A stretch of 64,000 nt of DNA from a virus, in IMG/VR virus record IMGVR_UViG_3300047160_005727, positions 77,144 through 141,143 of that record. One strand, given 5' to 3'. Made by a program: the position numbers and the translations under genes. How positions within the stretch are numbered: the first letter of the stretch is position 1; each line of letters begins with the position of its first letter. The notes beneath the pieces are model-generated. The model did no database searches. It saw only the letters and a list, made by a program, of their open reading frames with translations, and was not told the origin of the DNA. Shown here piece by piece: positions 46,428 through 57,690 of this stretch.

Positions 46428-49135
46428 GGCAACGTCCCTCCCTGAACAACTACATTCCGTGGACGAGCGTCTTACCGGTACTCGGCGTGACGATCGACGG
46501 TTCGGCACTCCCGACCGTCGTGTGCTGCCCTGTGTGCCAGCGTCAAGCGCTCACAGTTTACAAAGAGCCGGCCAAGTACGGCCAGTGGTACCATTGTACC
46601 GGATGCGGGTTCGCTGGTGATGGCGTCGAGCTGACAGCAGCTGTTGGTGAGATCTCGCCGGGCAGTGCCCTGCTCAAGCTGGCTGCCCGTGGGCTGCCTA
46701 TACCGGAAGAGATACTGACGCCTGCCGAGGTCGATCGCTACGTCAAGAAGGTCGAGTTTCGCAAGCGAGTTCTGGCCTTCTGGGAGAAGGCTCGTACGAA
46801 CACTGATGATATCGGCAACACAGGCCCGGCCCAGCGCCGGCTAGGCATCGCTCCCGGCGCCATGCACTCACCCGAATGGCCCAAGCGAGGTGGCCGGTTC
46901 GTAGGCCACTGCAAGCACATCGACGTTGAAGAGCTGCTGCGTCCTGCCGTCATGAACTATCGACACAAGGTCGGCAGAAACAGTACCGGAAACGTGGGCT
47001 GGTGCCCGCTGTTCGTAGGCCGAGGTTGGGGTGATCTCCTGGTCATCCCGTACCAGGATGTGCCAGGTCGTATCTCCGGGCTCCTGGTCGTCGGCCGCGA
47101 AGCTGTTTGGCCTACAGACTTCGTCTTTGCCCACTGCACTACAGCTGGCAGGCCGTGGGCTACCGGCATAGCAATGTTCGACGCAGCTGTGCCGCTGCAT
47201 CACGAGTTTGGCGACACAGTCTTCGTGCTCGAAGATCCGGTTCTGGCGGTACGGATCCAACTCCGGCATCTAGCATCGTCCGATGTGCCACTACCACTCG
47301 TGGGATCGTGGGGCTCGCCGGAGATGCAGTCCATCTGGACGGCTCGGCCGAAGCGGAACCTGGTGCACTGGTCACCTGAACCAGACGGTAAGCTGATCGC
47401 GCGAGCGCGACTCTCCGGCGGGCGCGTTGCGTTGGCGCCGACCGGTACAGCCGTCGCGGGGCATCTGGAGCGATGCAGGCCGACACTGGCTCTCCAGAAC
47501 ATGTTGGCGGCTGCCAAGCCCTGGGATGACAGCCTGGAGGTTCTCCTTGGCCAGTTGGCGCCGGCCAAGGCCGAAGAGATGGTTCTCGGGTTGAAGCTCA
47601 AGCCCGACGAAACTTCGAGCTTCCTGCGCGCTTGTGCTGACGATACACGTGTACGTTTGGCCGCTCTGTTCACAGATGCAGGTAAGCCCCGAGGTGTGAC
47701 CATCAGCGGCAAGACGGTCACCGAGTCCGGCGGGGCCTGGCGGGTCGCCAAGACTGGAGAGCTAGTCCTTGATGCCGTCCTGCGGATCGAGCAGGTGATC
47801 CGGTCGGCCTCTGGCAGTGTCTCTTATCGCGGCCGCATCGAATACAAGGGGCAGTCAGTGCCGTTCTGGGCACCGGACAAGGAGATCGAGAAGGATACGA
47901 TGCGCTGGATCCGGACCAAGGTGGGTCAGGCTGGGCTCGGCGAAGTCATACTCGGCAGCATCTTCTGGTCCAGGCATCTCATGGGTATCGCACAGCAGCT
48001 CGAACCTCCGCAGGCTGTACGAGGTCTTGACGTCGTTGGGTGGGATGATGCTCGTAACGCCTTCGCGCTGCCCAAGTTTGTGCTTCACGGCAACGGCGAC
48101 ATCGTGGCACCTGACTACGTCGTGCCGCCCGAGGCTATTATCCCTGGTGCCGGTTTGGCACCACCAGAAGCTCTAACACCCAGGGCCCGGGTAGACCTGG
48201 TATGGGGTGATACACCCAACGAGCTGTTCTGGGCGGCGGCCACTTGCCTGCTCACGGACATCTTGGCGCCAGCTTTGGGGCTGCCCAGGTCTTCGATCGC
48301 TCTGGTTGGTGATGGCGCCATTGGTGTTGGCGCCGCCACGGCGCTGGCATTCGGTTGCATCACGGCAAAGATACCGACCGAGTATAACACTGTCATATCT
48401 ATGCACACTTATGAACTGTTGAGCGCACATCGCTGGCCAACCCTGATGCGACGGCCTGATGCCCCGACTGCTACCTTGAACGCCCGTGGCATAGCGCAGT
48501 TTCCGAACGGGATCGTCGCAGCTGTCACATCGCTGGCAGCAGATACACTGGCGCTGACTGGTGGCTGGCATGTGATCACGGGCAACCAGCCTGCATCTAC
48601 AGCGCGTGCCGCTGAACATGGTGCCACGATACTCCGAGCATACTTGAAGGACATCTGTGATCGGCGGCTAACCCTGGAAGTCACCAGTACACTGCTCGAC
48701 GCAGTCCACGCCGATCTGGTCGCCTGGTACGGCCGGGTGGCTGCTCCGCGCGCCGTCATCGGATCAAGGAAGTACATCTGCGCCGACGATCCATCGGAAC
48801 ATCCAAACCGGTTCGGCCGGCTTGTATGCCGCTTGATCGCTTGTGGGGAGCTACGCCTGGCCCAGCCGGGCACCAACAACCTGAAGGTCATCGCCAGACT
48901 GGGGGATGACCGGGTTCACATTCCAAAGTGGAGCTTCAACGAAAGCCTCACCAAGAAGCACGCCATCGCGTTGGATGCCGACGCGATCTCTACGCGGCTA
49001 CGCGCAGCAGGGATCCTGCTCGAGGAGCGGGAGCAAGACTACACGCCTGGCTGGGTCGTCTCCGAACGCTGGCTGCGCCAGTTTACGGACGGCCGCCAGC
49101 AGGATGACAAGAACGACTTCAGCGTTGTCACTTAG
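46421..49135 (+). CDS. Putative primase-related replication protein with N-terminal Zn finger
   Basis: 'CPVC...WYHCTGCGFAGD' resembles a CHC2-type Zn finger; 'LVIPYQD..GRISG' DnaG-like core; 'VFVLED' Toprim-like strand; no clear Walker A seen. Confidence 0.55.
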   Translation: MSRQRPSLNNYIPWTSVLPVLGVTIDGSALPTVVCCPVCQRQALTVYKEPAKYGQWYHCTGCGFAGDGVELTAAVGEISPGSALLKLAARGLPIPEEILTPAEVDRYVKKVEFRKRVLAFWEKARTNTDDIGNTGPAQRRLGIAPGAMHSPEWPKRGGRFVGHCKHIDVEELLRPAVMNYRHKVGRNSTGNVGWCPLFVGRGWGDLLVIPYQDVPGRISGLLVVGREAVWPTDFVFAHCTTAGRPWATGIAMFDAAVPLHHEFGDTVFVLEDPVLAVRIQLRHLASSDVPLPLVGSWGSPEMQSIWTARPKRNLVHWSPEPDGKLIARARLSGGRVALAPTGTAVAGHLERCRPTLALQNMLAAAKPWDDSLEVLLGQLAPAKAEEMVLGLKLKPDETSSFLRACADDTRVRLAALFTDAGKPRGVTISGKTVTESGGAWRVAKTGELVLDAVLRIEQVIRSASGSVSYRGRIEYKGQSVPFWAPDKEIEKDTMRWIRTKVGQAGLGEVILGSIFWSRHLMGIAQQLEPPQAVRGLDVVGWDDARNAFALPKFVLHGNGDIVAPDYVVPPEAIIPGAGLAPPEALTPRARVDLVWGDTPNELFWAAATCLLTDILAPALGLPRSSIALVGDGAIGVGAATALAFGCITAKIPTEYNTVISMHTYELLSAHRWPTLMRRPDAPTATLNARGIAQFPNGIVAAVTSLAADTLALTGGWHVITGNQPASTARAAEHGATILRAYLKDICDRRLTLEVTSTLLDAVHADLVAWYGRVAAPRAVIGSRKYICADDPSEHPNRFGRLVCRLIACGELRLAQPGTNNLKVIARLGDDRVHIPKWSFNESLTKKHAIALDADAISTRLRAAGILLEEREQDYTPGWVVSERWLRQFTDGRQQDDKNDFSVVT

Positions 49136-49145
49136 GAGCATTAAC

Positions 49146-49415
49146 ATGAGCGGTCCGTTCAACTGGAGTAGTTTCCAACAAGTCCACCCTACCCGCGCCG
49201 AGGTCCAGCGCGCATCCGAGGTGGGAGAAGACGAAGACGACCTCGACGACATCGAAGAAGTGGAAGATGACGATGACTTCGATGACGATGATGATGATGA
49301 TGACGAACTTGACGACGATCTTGATGACGACGACGATGACGACATCGACGATGACGAAGACGACGAAGACGACGAGCCGGCCGACATCGAGGATGCGCTG
49401 GAAGAGGTCGTCTGA
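49146..49415 (+). CDS. Small extremely acidic (Asp/Glu) protein
   Basis: TAGGAG RBS, ATG 49146; GAY/GAR tract about 49225-49410. Confidence 0.75.
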   Translation: MSGPFNWSSFQQVHPTRAEVQRASEVGEDEDDLDDIEEVEDDDDFDDDDDDDDELDDDLDDDDDDDIDDDEDDEDDEPADIEDALEEVV

Positions 49416-49417
49416 CC

Positions 49418-49432
49418 GTTACGCGGCGTATC
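49418..49432. promoter_or_regulatory. 15-bp palindrome, copy 5 (intergenic, abuts an RBS)
   Basis: GTTACGCGGCGTATC. Confidence 0.7.
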
Positions 49433-49445
49433 AGGGAGGAGCAAC

Positions 49446-49676
49446 ATGGCCGGGATCTGGATCAGTGGCGCTGTCATCATCACGTCCGTGATCTCGATCA
49501 TGGTCATCCGATGGTGGCCTGTTCGCAGGCCGCCATCGGCCTCCCCGTCTGATCCGCGTGTTCGCTGTTGGCGCCAGCACGTCAAGGGCCGGAGAAGTAT
49601 CCGCCATCCGCGCGGACATCGTCATCGGTCCATCCCACCTCGGCATTCCCGGCCTGTCGAACCTGATAAGCCGTGA
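49446..49676 (+). CDS. Small membrane-anchored peptide (3' end overlaps terL antisense)
   Basis: GGAGGAG RBS; N-terminal hydrophobic helix. Confidence 0.4.
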   Translation: MAGIWISGAVIITSVISIMVIRWWPVRRPPSASPSDPRVRCWRQHVKGRRSIRHPRGHRHRSIPPRHSRPVEPDKP

Positions 49677-51519
49677 GTCGGTAGTTGGCGCCGATCGCGA
49701 AGTCGGGCCAGGCATCGTTGGCGTGCCAAATGGCCGCACAGCCCAAATTCACCGCCTGGGCGAAGTCGTCGGTAAAACCCTGCGCGCGCTTGATGAGGTA
49801 AATATCGCCTGCATGCGTTCCTGGCCGTTTTTCGTCGATCAGCGCTAAAAAGTCGTGAAGCAGTCCTGGGATGTCATCGGACTTGAAGTCATATTTGAAG
49901 AAACGGACCAGTCGCAGCTTTATCGAAGAAGTTACGTAAAGCAGGCTACGGGTCTTATCCAGCGAATACCAGGTTCGCTGGTGCTGGACCGTAGGCTGAT
50001 GAAACGTCATGAGCGAGTGAGTTGCCGATCGGACATACTGGATCGGAATGATCCGGTCGAGTGGTACACCAGCCTGCACCAGGAATGTCTCACGGAGGAT
50101 GCCAGCGCCGGTATAGTCGTGTGCGACGTACGAGGGCTCGAACAGCTTGAAGTAGTTGAGGATCTCCTTGGCTTCCTGGATGTGCTCATGGGGGTTCAAG
50201 AGCCGTCGGCCCCAGAGCACATCGATCTTACCGTCGTTGCGAAACCCGAGCAGGGCCAAGACCGTGAATGACACCCCGTCTTCACCACCGCCGCCCCAGT
50301 CGATCCCCAGCACGGTCGTCCGGTAGGTGCGCAGCCACGCGAAGACTTCTTCGCACGGCTCCAGCGGGTTGTTCTCCCAGGGTAGCTCGGCCGCGGCCTG
50401 GAGATCAGGCAGCGTCAGCAGCTGGTTGCCCGTTGCCGATGACTCGCCCAGGATCTCGTTGATGAAAACGTGCGGTGCCGTGTTCGCGGCACCTTCCCGC
50501 TTCTGGAGCAGTTCTGACCATTTCTTGGGGATCGCGTAGTGCAGGGGCATGATCGGCTGGGGCACATGTAGTCCCAAGCGGTCCCAGCGGCGATCAGGGT
50601 GCCGGTGCACCCAGCGGCCATATCGCGGGTTGATCGGTTTTCGGCATTTGTGGCAGATGGTGCCCGGGCTGGCCTCGGAGATGTCATCCCGGAACGGGCC
50701 CAGCATCTTCTCCAGGTGATGCTCCAGGCTGGCGATATTCCAAGTACCGCAGGCGAAACACGGCGTGAACCACTCGGCCCGGCTCGATCTCATCCACTCC
50801 CCGTGAATGAAGTTATCGAGTGTCTTAGGGGTGCCCGTGATCTGGGTGATCCCGTACTCTTTCGAGGCTGACATGGTTTCTCGAATGATCGGTATGTGAT
50901 CGGGGTCCATGTCCTGGGCTTCGTCGATCCCGACCTTCTTGGCCGGAATGCCGCGGACACGGTCAACGTCGAGCAGGGCGAACGAGAAGAACATCTTGCT
51001 GCCGTTGTTGAACGTGCGCAGCAAGACGTTTCCTGTGGTCTCTGTCGAGACCCAGAGATCGCGCACCGGGGACTGCTTGATGAAAGACCCGACATATTCG
51101 GTCGAAAACCGGCGGATCTGCTCGTACCTGGGCGTCACGAACAGTGTCGAGAAGTAGGGGATCGCGTTGGACAGGGCCACGCCATGGCTAGCCAGAGATG
51201 TCGACTTCGAGACCTGCCGGCCGGTCATCAGGACCAGGTTGGTCGGCATCTGTATCCGGAATACCGGGCTGAACGGGAAGTAGTCGTAGAGGCTGTACGG
51301 CGTGCCGTTCAGGTTGAACAGGAGCGGCAGCAGAGTCTCGAGTGTCTGGATACCGCCGGCTTCGCACAGCTTCCGGACAGAGATGATCCGGTCGATGTCG
51401 CTGACTGCCCTACTATCCTTCTCGACCTGCTCCAGATCGCCCAGGATCGCAGCTGTGTCTTTGAGTCGCCGCTCTGCGGCCAGTTCTTCTTTACCCGGCG
51501 TTTTTAGCGCAACTGCCAC
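49582..51519 (-). CDS. terL: Terminase large subunit (GpA-like)
   Basis: Walker A 'TGRQVSKST', Walker B 'VGIDEAQD', motif III 'TGTPK', CxxC pair, nuclease 'LGIDWGGG' and 'DDFAQA'. Confidence 0.9.
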   Translation of the reverse strand: MAVALKTPGKEELAAERRLKDTAAILGDLEQVEKDSRAVSDIDRIISVRKLCEAGGIQTLETLLPLLFNLNGTPYSLYDYFPFSPVFRIQMPTNLVLMTGRQVSKSTSLASHGVALSNAIPYFSTLFVTPRYEQIRRFSTEYVGSFIKQSPVRDLWVSTETTGNVLLRTFNNGSKMFFSFALLDVDRVRGIPAKKVGIDEAQDMDPDHIPIIRETMSASKEYGITQITGTPKTLDNFIHGEWMRSSRAEWFTPCFACGTWNIASLEHHLEKMLGPFRDDISEASPGTICHKCRKPINPRYGRWVHRHPDRRWDRLGLHVPQPIMPLHYAIPKKWSELLQKREGAANTAPHVFINEILGESSATGNQLLTLPDLQAAAELPWENNPLEPCEEVFAWLRTYRTTVLGIDWGGGGEDGVSFTVLALLGFRNDGKIDVLWGRRLLNPHEHIQEAKEILNYFKLFEPSYVAHDYTGAGILRETFLVQAGVPLDRIIPIQYVRSATHSLMTFHQPTVQHQRTWYSLDKTRSLLYVTSSIKLRLVRFFKYDFKSDDIPGLLHDFLALIDEKRPGTHAGDIYLIKRAQGFTDDFAQAVNLGCAAIWHANDAWPDFAIGANYRLTAYQVRQAGNAEVGWTDDDVRADGGYFSGP

Positions 51520-51611
51520 GCATTACCCTTCTTTTGTTAGAGGCTTGTAGCCAGCTATCGTAGTCGCTATCGTCGCCAGTTTCCTCATTCATTGTCCCGA
51601 GGGGTTTTTTC

Positions 51612-52347
51612 ATGATGACACTCAAGTGGCAACCCAAGACTTACAAAGTCGCCGTCTACTGGCGCGACGATGACGGTGTCTGGCACCATCATGGTACCTG
51701 GGAAGGCGAGGCCGCCACTCCATCCGACGCCAAGTACAAGGCGGTCGATGCACTATCGGATGTACGGGTCGAGAGCTGGAAAGGTGAGATCCTCGAAGCC
51801 AAGAAGAGGCCCATGCTGTGAGAATACACCGCCGCTGGGGCTACCCGCTATGGTGGAACTTGTATATCCATCCCCTGGAGATGGCCCTACCGTTGAGTAT
51901 CAAGATCCGTCCGCTGCTGACTGACGGATCGGGCAGGCACGAGAATGTGACCAACATCTGTGTGAGCCTGTTCTGTCTCCACTTCGACGTTCACTATGCC
52001 TGGGGCAAGCGCCGCTACCATCCGCCGCCAGAACGTGTCCTTTCGCTCCGGGAAGTCCTGGAGCGGGACCGGGCCAACCCGATACAATGACACCGACAAG
52101 GAGGTGACGGATGCCATTCCCTACGACACGATCGGCGGCTCTGTTCCTGGAACGAACTGGGATCTTCCGCACGCTACGGCATCCTGTGCCGGCGGCCAGT
52201 CCAGATCTTAACCCAGTTCACAACTATCCGGTGATACCACCACTTCCCCTGCCAGGGTTCCTATGGTTCGAGAACGGGATACCGTCGCCTGATCGTGGAC
52301 AGAGCGAGATCTGGCCATGGGGCGAAGCCGGCGAGGAGCCACCATGA
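51612..52347 (+). CDS. Three small hypothetical genes (51612-51821, 51818-52090, 52111-52347)
   Basis: RBSs and coupling. Confidence 0.5.
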
Positions 52348-52703
52348 CCGGCTTCGACTTACTGACCGACGTATTCCTGCTTGCACTGGCTACCGGGGCG
52401 GTTGTGGACGTCTGGCTCAACGGTTCGATCTTCGCCGGCTGGCGTGCCCGGATCGAAACCTGGGAGAACGTGTTCTCCGAGCTGTCCGGGTGCAGCCTGT
52501 GCCTTAACTACCAGGTACCGATCTGGCTGACCCTGGGCCTGTGGGCTCTACCCTACTACGTTCCACGTGTGCTCGGCCTTCGGGTCATCTTGATCATACT
52601 GGCTGCTGGTCGGCTGGCATGGCTGTTTAATGCCCACCTCTGGCCGGGAGCTGCCTACGACCGCGGAGCAAATGATGAGCCAGAGGAAGACCATCGACAT
52701 TGA
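52344..52703 (+). CDS. DUF1360-like membrane protein
   Basis: 'IFAGWR...ELSGCSLCLNYQV' resembles the DUF1360 'EL..C..C...W' motif; GAGGAG RBS. Confidence 0.55.
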   Translation: MTGFDLLTDVFLLALATGAVVDVWLNGSIFAGWRARIETWENVFSELSGCSLCLNYQVPIWLTLGLWALPYYVPRVLGLRVILIILAAGRLAWLFNAHLWPGAAYDRGANDEPEEDHRH

Positions 52704-53076
52704 CATCCGCGAGCGGATGGAGAAGACCTGCCGGGAGATCATGGACGATCACCCCGAGGTGGAAGCGATCGGATGCATGTTCCTTTCCAAGCAGCTGGCG
52801 AACACTCTCGCAGGGCTGATCGTCGGCAGCGAAGGGCCGAAGCTGCGGCCTGATCAGAATGTGCGGCTGTTCGAGGTCTGGGTCAAGATCGGAATGCAGC
52901 TGCTGGCTAACAACCAGCGCGACGTCATGATCCTCGACGAGATGATCGGACAGTACGCAAGGAGGCTTGCGGATGCCCACGCTGGGAAAAAGCTGGCACC
53001 ACCACAATGGGATGCCAGCTCGGAAGAAGAAGGAGAGTCACAACGGCCCGCCTTCATCGACGGTGAGTCTCGATGA
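52672..53076 (+). CDS. Hypothetical protein
   Basis: GGAG RBS. Confidence 0.6.
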   Translation: MMSQRKTIDIDIRERMEKTCREIMDDHPEVEAIGCMFLSKQLANTLAGLIVGSEGPKLRPDQNVRLFEVWVKIGMQLLANNQRDVMILDEMIGQYARRLADAHAGKKLAPPQWDASSEEEGESQRPAFIDGESR

Positions 53077-53641
53077 GGTCATTGAGAAAGCTGGGATACC
53101 CGATACATGGGACATCCTGATCATCGGTGACGGTGCCGGCTGCTGGTGGGATAAGCCGTGCGGCTGGAGCTGCACGCTGATCGATCGCCATCTGAACCGA
53201 CGGCGGGCCTTCTACGGGGCCATGCTGACCGGCTCGATCTCGATCGCTGAGATGTTCCCCACGGTACATGCCTTGCTGTGGTATGCCGAGTTCCACGGCC
53301 ACGCGCGCAAGGTGGGGCTCAAGCGCAGCACCTTGAACGTGCACGTGATCACCGACAACGAGACGACCGTCTTGCACTGGGGTATCTTGACCAAGGGTGG
53401 ACTCAAGGCCCATAAGATCCGTAAGAAGCGGCCGCTCTGGAACGTCCTACTTCAGCTCGAACGATCAGGATACATCCTGCACTTCCACTGGGTCGCGCGC
53501 AGCGAGGTGCGGCTCAACAAGACGGCTGATAAGCTGGCGGGCCTGGCTCGCGACGCGATCGCCGGAGTTGCCCGGAAGTACCAAGAAGACATGGGGCACA
53601 GCATCGATCACGAGATCTACACGATCGATCCAAGTACGTAG
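53012..53641 (+). CDS. RNase H-like (RNase HI fold) protein; start uncertain
   Basis: D-E-D-D tetrad: IIGDG, SIAEM, VITDN, 'HWVAR...NKTADKLA'. Confidence 0.75.
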   Translation: MPARKKKESHNGPPSSTVSLDEVIEKAGIPDTWDILIIGDGAGCWWDKPCGWSCTLIDRHLNRRRAFYGAMLTGSISIAEMFPTVHALLWYAEFHGHARKVGLKRSTLNVHVITDNETTVLHWGILTKGGLKAHKIRKKRPLWNVLLQLERSGYILHFHWVARSEVRLNKTADKLAGLARDAIAGVARKYQEDMGHSIDHEIYTIDPST

Positions 53642-53687
53642 TGCCTCCGCAGTTACAGCATATCGCCCCGATAGGGTTAGGCACGGG

Positions 53688-53716
53688 TTGGCCCAATAGG
53701 CTTCCGGGTGTAGGAT
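53688..53716 (+). promoter_or_regulatory. Housekeeping-sigma-type promoter upstream of nrdJ
   Basis: TTGGCC-N17-TAGGAT. Confidence 0.5.
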
Positions 53717-53931
53717 AAACCCCGCAACACTGATCGGCTGCCGGGTAGGAAAACTGGCGGGCCTTGCTGATCAGTGCTTCAGAGTCTCCCGGTTCACATG
53801 GAGGTGCGACATGCTCAGGCGACCCTCACATGCCAACGGGGTTGCCTGAACATAAACACCAACAGCCGCCCTAGCGTGGGGCCGGCCCTGGAGGCGCTGC
53901 GTTCTGTTCTCGATCCCAAGGAACCCTCACG

Positions 53932-56757
<2,826 letters not shown>

Positions 56758-56796
56758 CTAAACCGTTCAGTGAAAGTCTGTCATAAATAAGTGGAG
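56758..56796 (+). promoter_or_regulatory. Putative phage promoter motif, copy 5
   Basis: CTAAA-N17-GTCATAAATAAGTGGAG. Confidence 0.65.
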
Positions 56797-56871
56797 CGGC
56801 ATTTTCCGTGTGGAATTTGCCGCTGTTCTACTGCGCGCACTAATAGGAGGTTCCATTCTGGGAGGTGAAAT

Positions 56872-57690
56872 ATGAGCGATCTGCCAAGCGTTCTGGTCCA
56901 TGCCCATGACGGTGACTCCACGGTCTATTGCAGTCGCAAGGAAGTCAACTGTGTCATCATCTCCGATGATGATCTGGCGAATGGCACGCGAGGCACGCTT
57001 TGCGAGATCTACAAGGAAGCATGGACGCTGAACCCAGCTTTGAAGGCGAAGGCCATGGCCCTGATGATCCCTGCGGTCAAGAAGCGGTTCCCCATCATGG
57101 CCACGTTCATACCCGAGGCGTGGATAAACGACTACGCGACGGAGATCGATGGCAAGGTACCGTTCGACGTCACCGAGCTAGTGCTAAGCCGGGGGCCCGA
57201 CTACATGGAGAACCTCCGCGACGACGACTACCCCACAGACGACTTGGCCGAGGACGTACCCGAGCGGCAGGCCCATGGTGGCCCATTCCGGGTCGAGATC
57301 AAGGAAGCGGCCATGGAGTTTCTCTACGCTGACGAGAACGAGGCCGAGGAGGAGAAGCGCAAGAAAGAACTGCGGAAGGAGCGGGGCTGGGCTACGCCGG
57401 AAGAGAAAGCCGCCATGGAGAAGCAAGGCCACGTCTTCACGTCAGACTTCGACCACCTGCCGCCCAAACTCAGAAACCAGGCGCTCAGGGAACGCGGGAT
57501 CGATCCCGCGACCGCGCCGACGGCCGCGGAGCGGGAGAGGGCCAGGCAGAAGGCAGCAGCCAGGTGTGAACGTGCCAAGCGTGGGGCGGTCACGCGGAAG
57601 AAGAACCGGGAGGCCAAACAGAAGGCAAGTATGGAGGCCAACCAGAAGGAAAAGACTGATGCGGAGAACACCCCAGGAGTTGATGGATAG
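56872..57690 (+). CDS. Hypothetical protein with charged C-terminus
   Basis: GGAGGTG RBS. Confidence 0.7.
   Translation: MSDLPSVLVHAHDGDSTVYCSRKEVNCVIISDDDLANGTRGTLCEIYKEAWTLNPALKAKAMALMIPAVKKRFPIMATFIPEAWINDYATEIDGKVPFDVTELVLSRGPDYMENLRDDDYPTDDLAEDVPERQAHGGPFRVEIKEAAMEFLYADENEAEEEKRKKELRKERGWATPEEKAAMEKQGHVFTSDFDHLPPKLRNQALRERGIDPATAPTAAERERARQKAAARCERAKRGAVTRKKNREAKQKASMEANQKEKTDAENTPGVDG

Noticed and set aside
48998-49585. Minus-strand poly-Ser ORF
   Set aside because: Antisense reading of the GAY/GAR acidic tract
53641-53931. NrdR box or cobalamin riboswitch upstream of nrdJ
   Set aside because: No convincing match to either consensus by eye; left to an Infernal or PWM search
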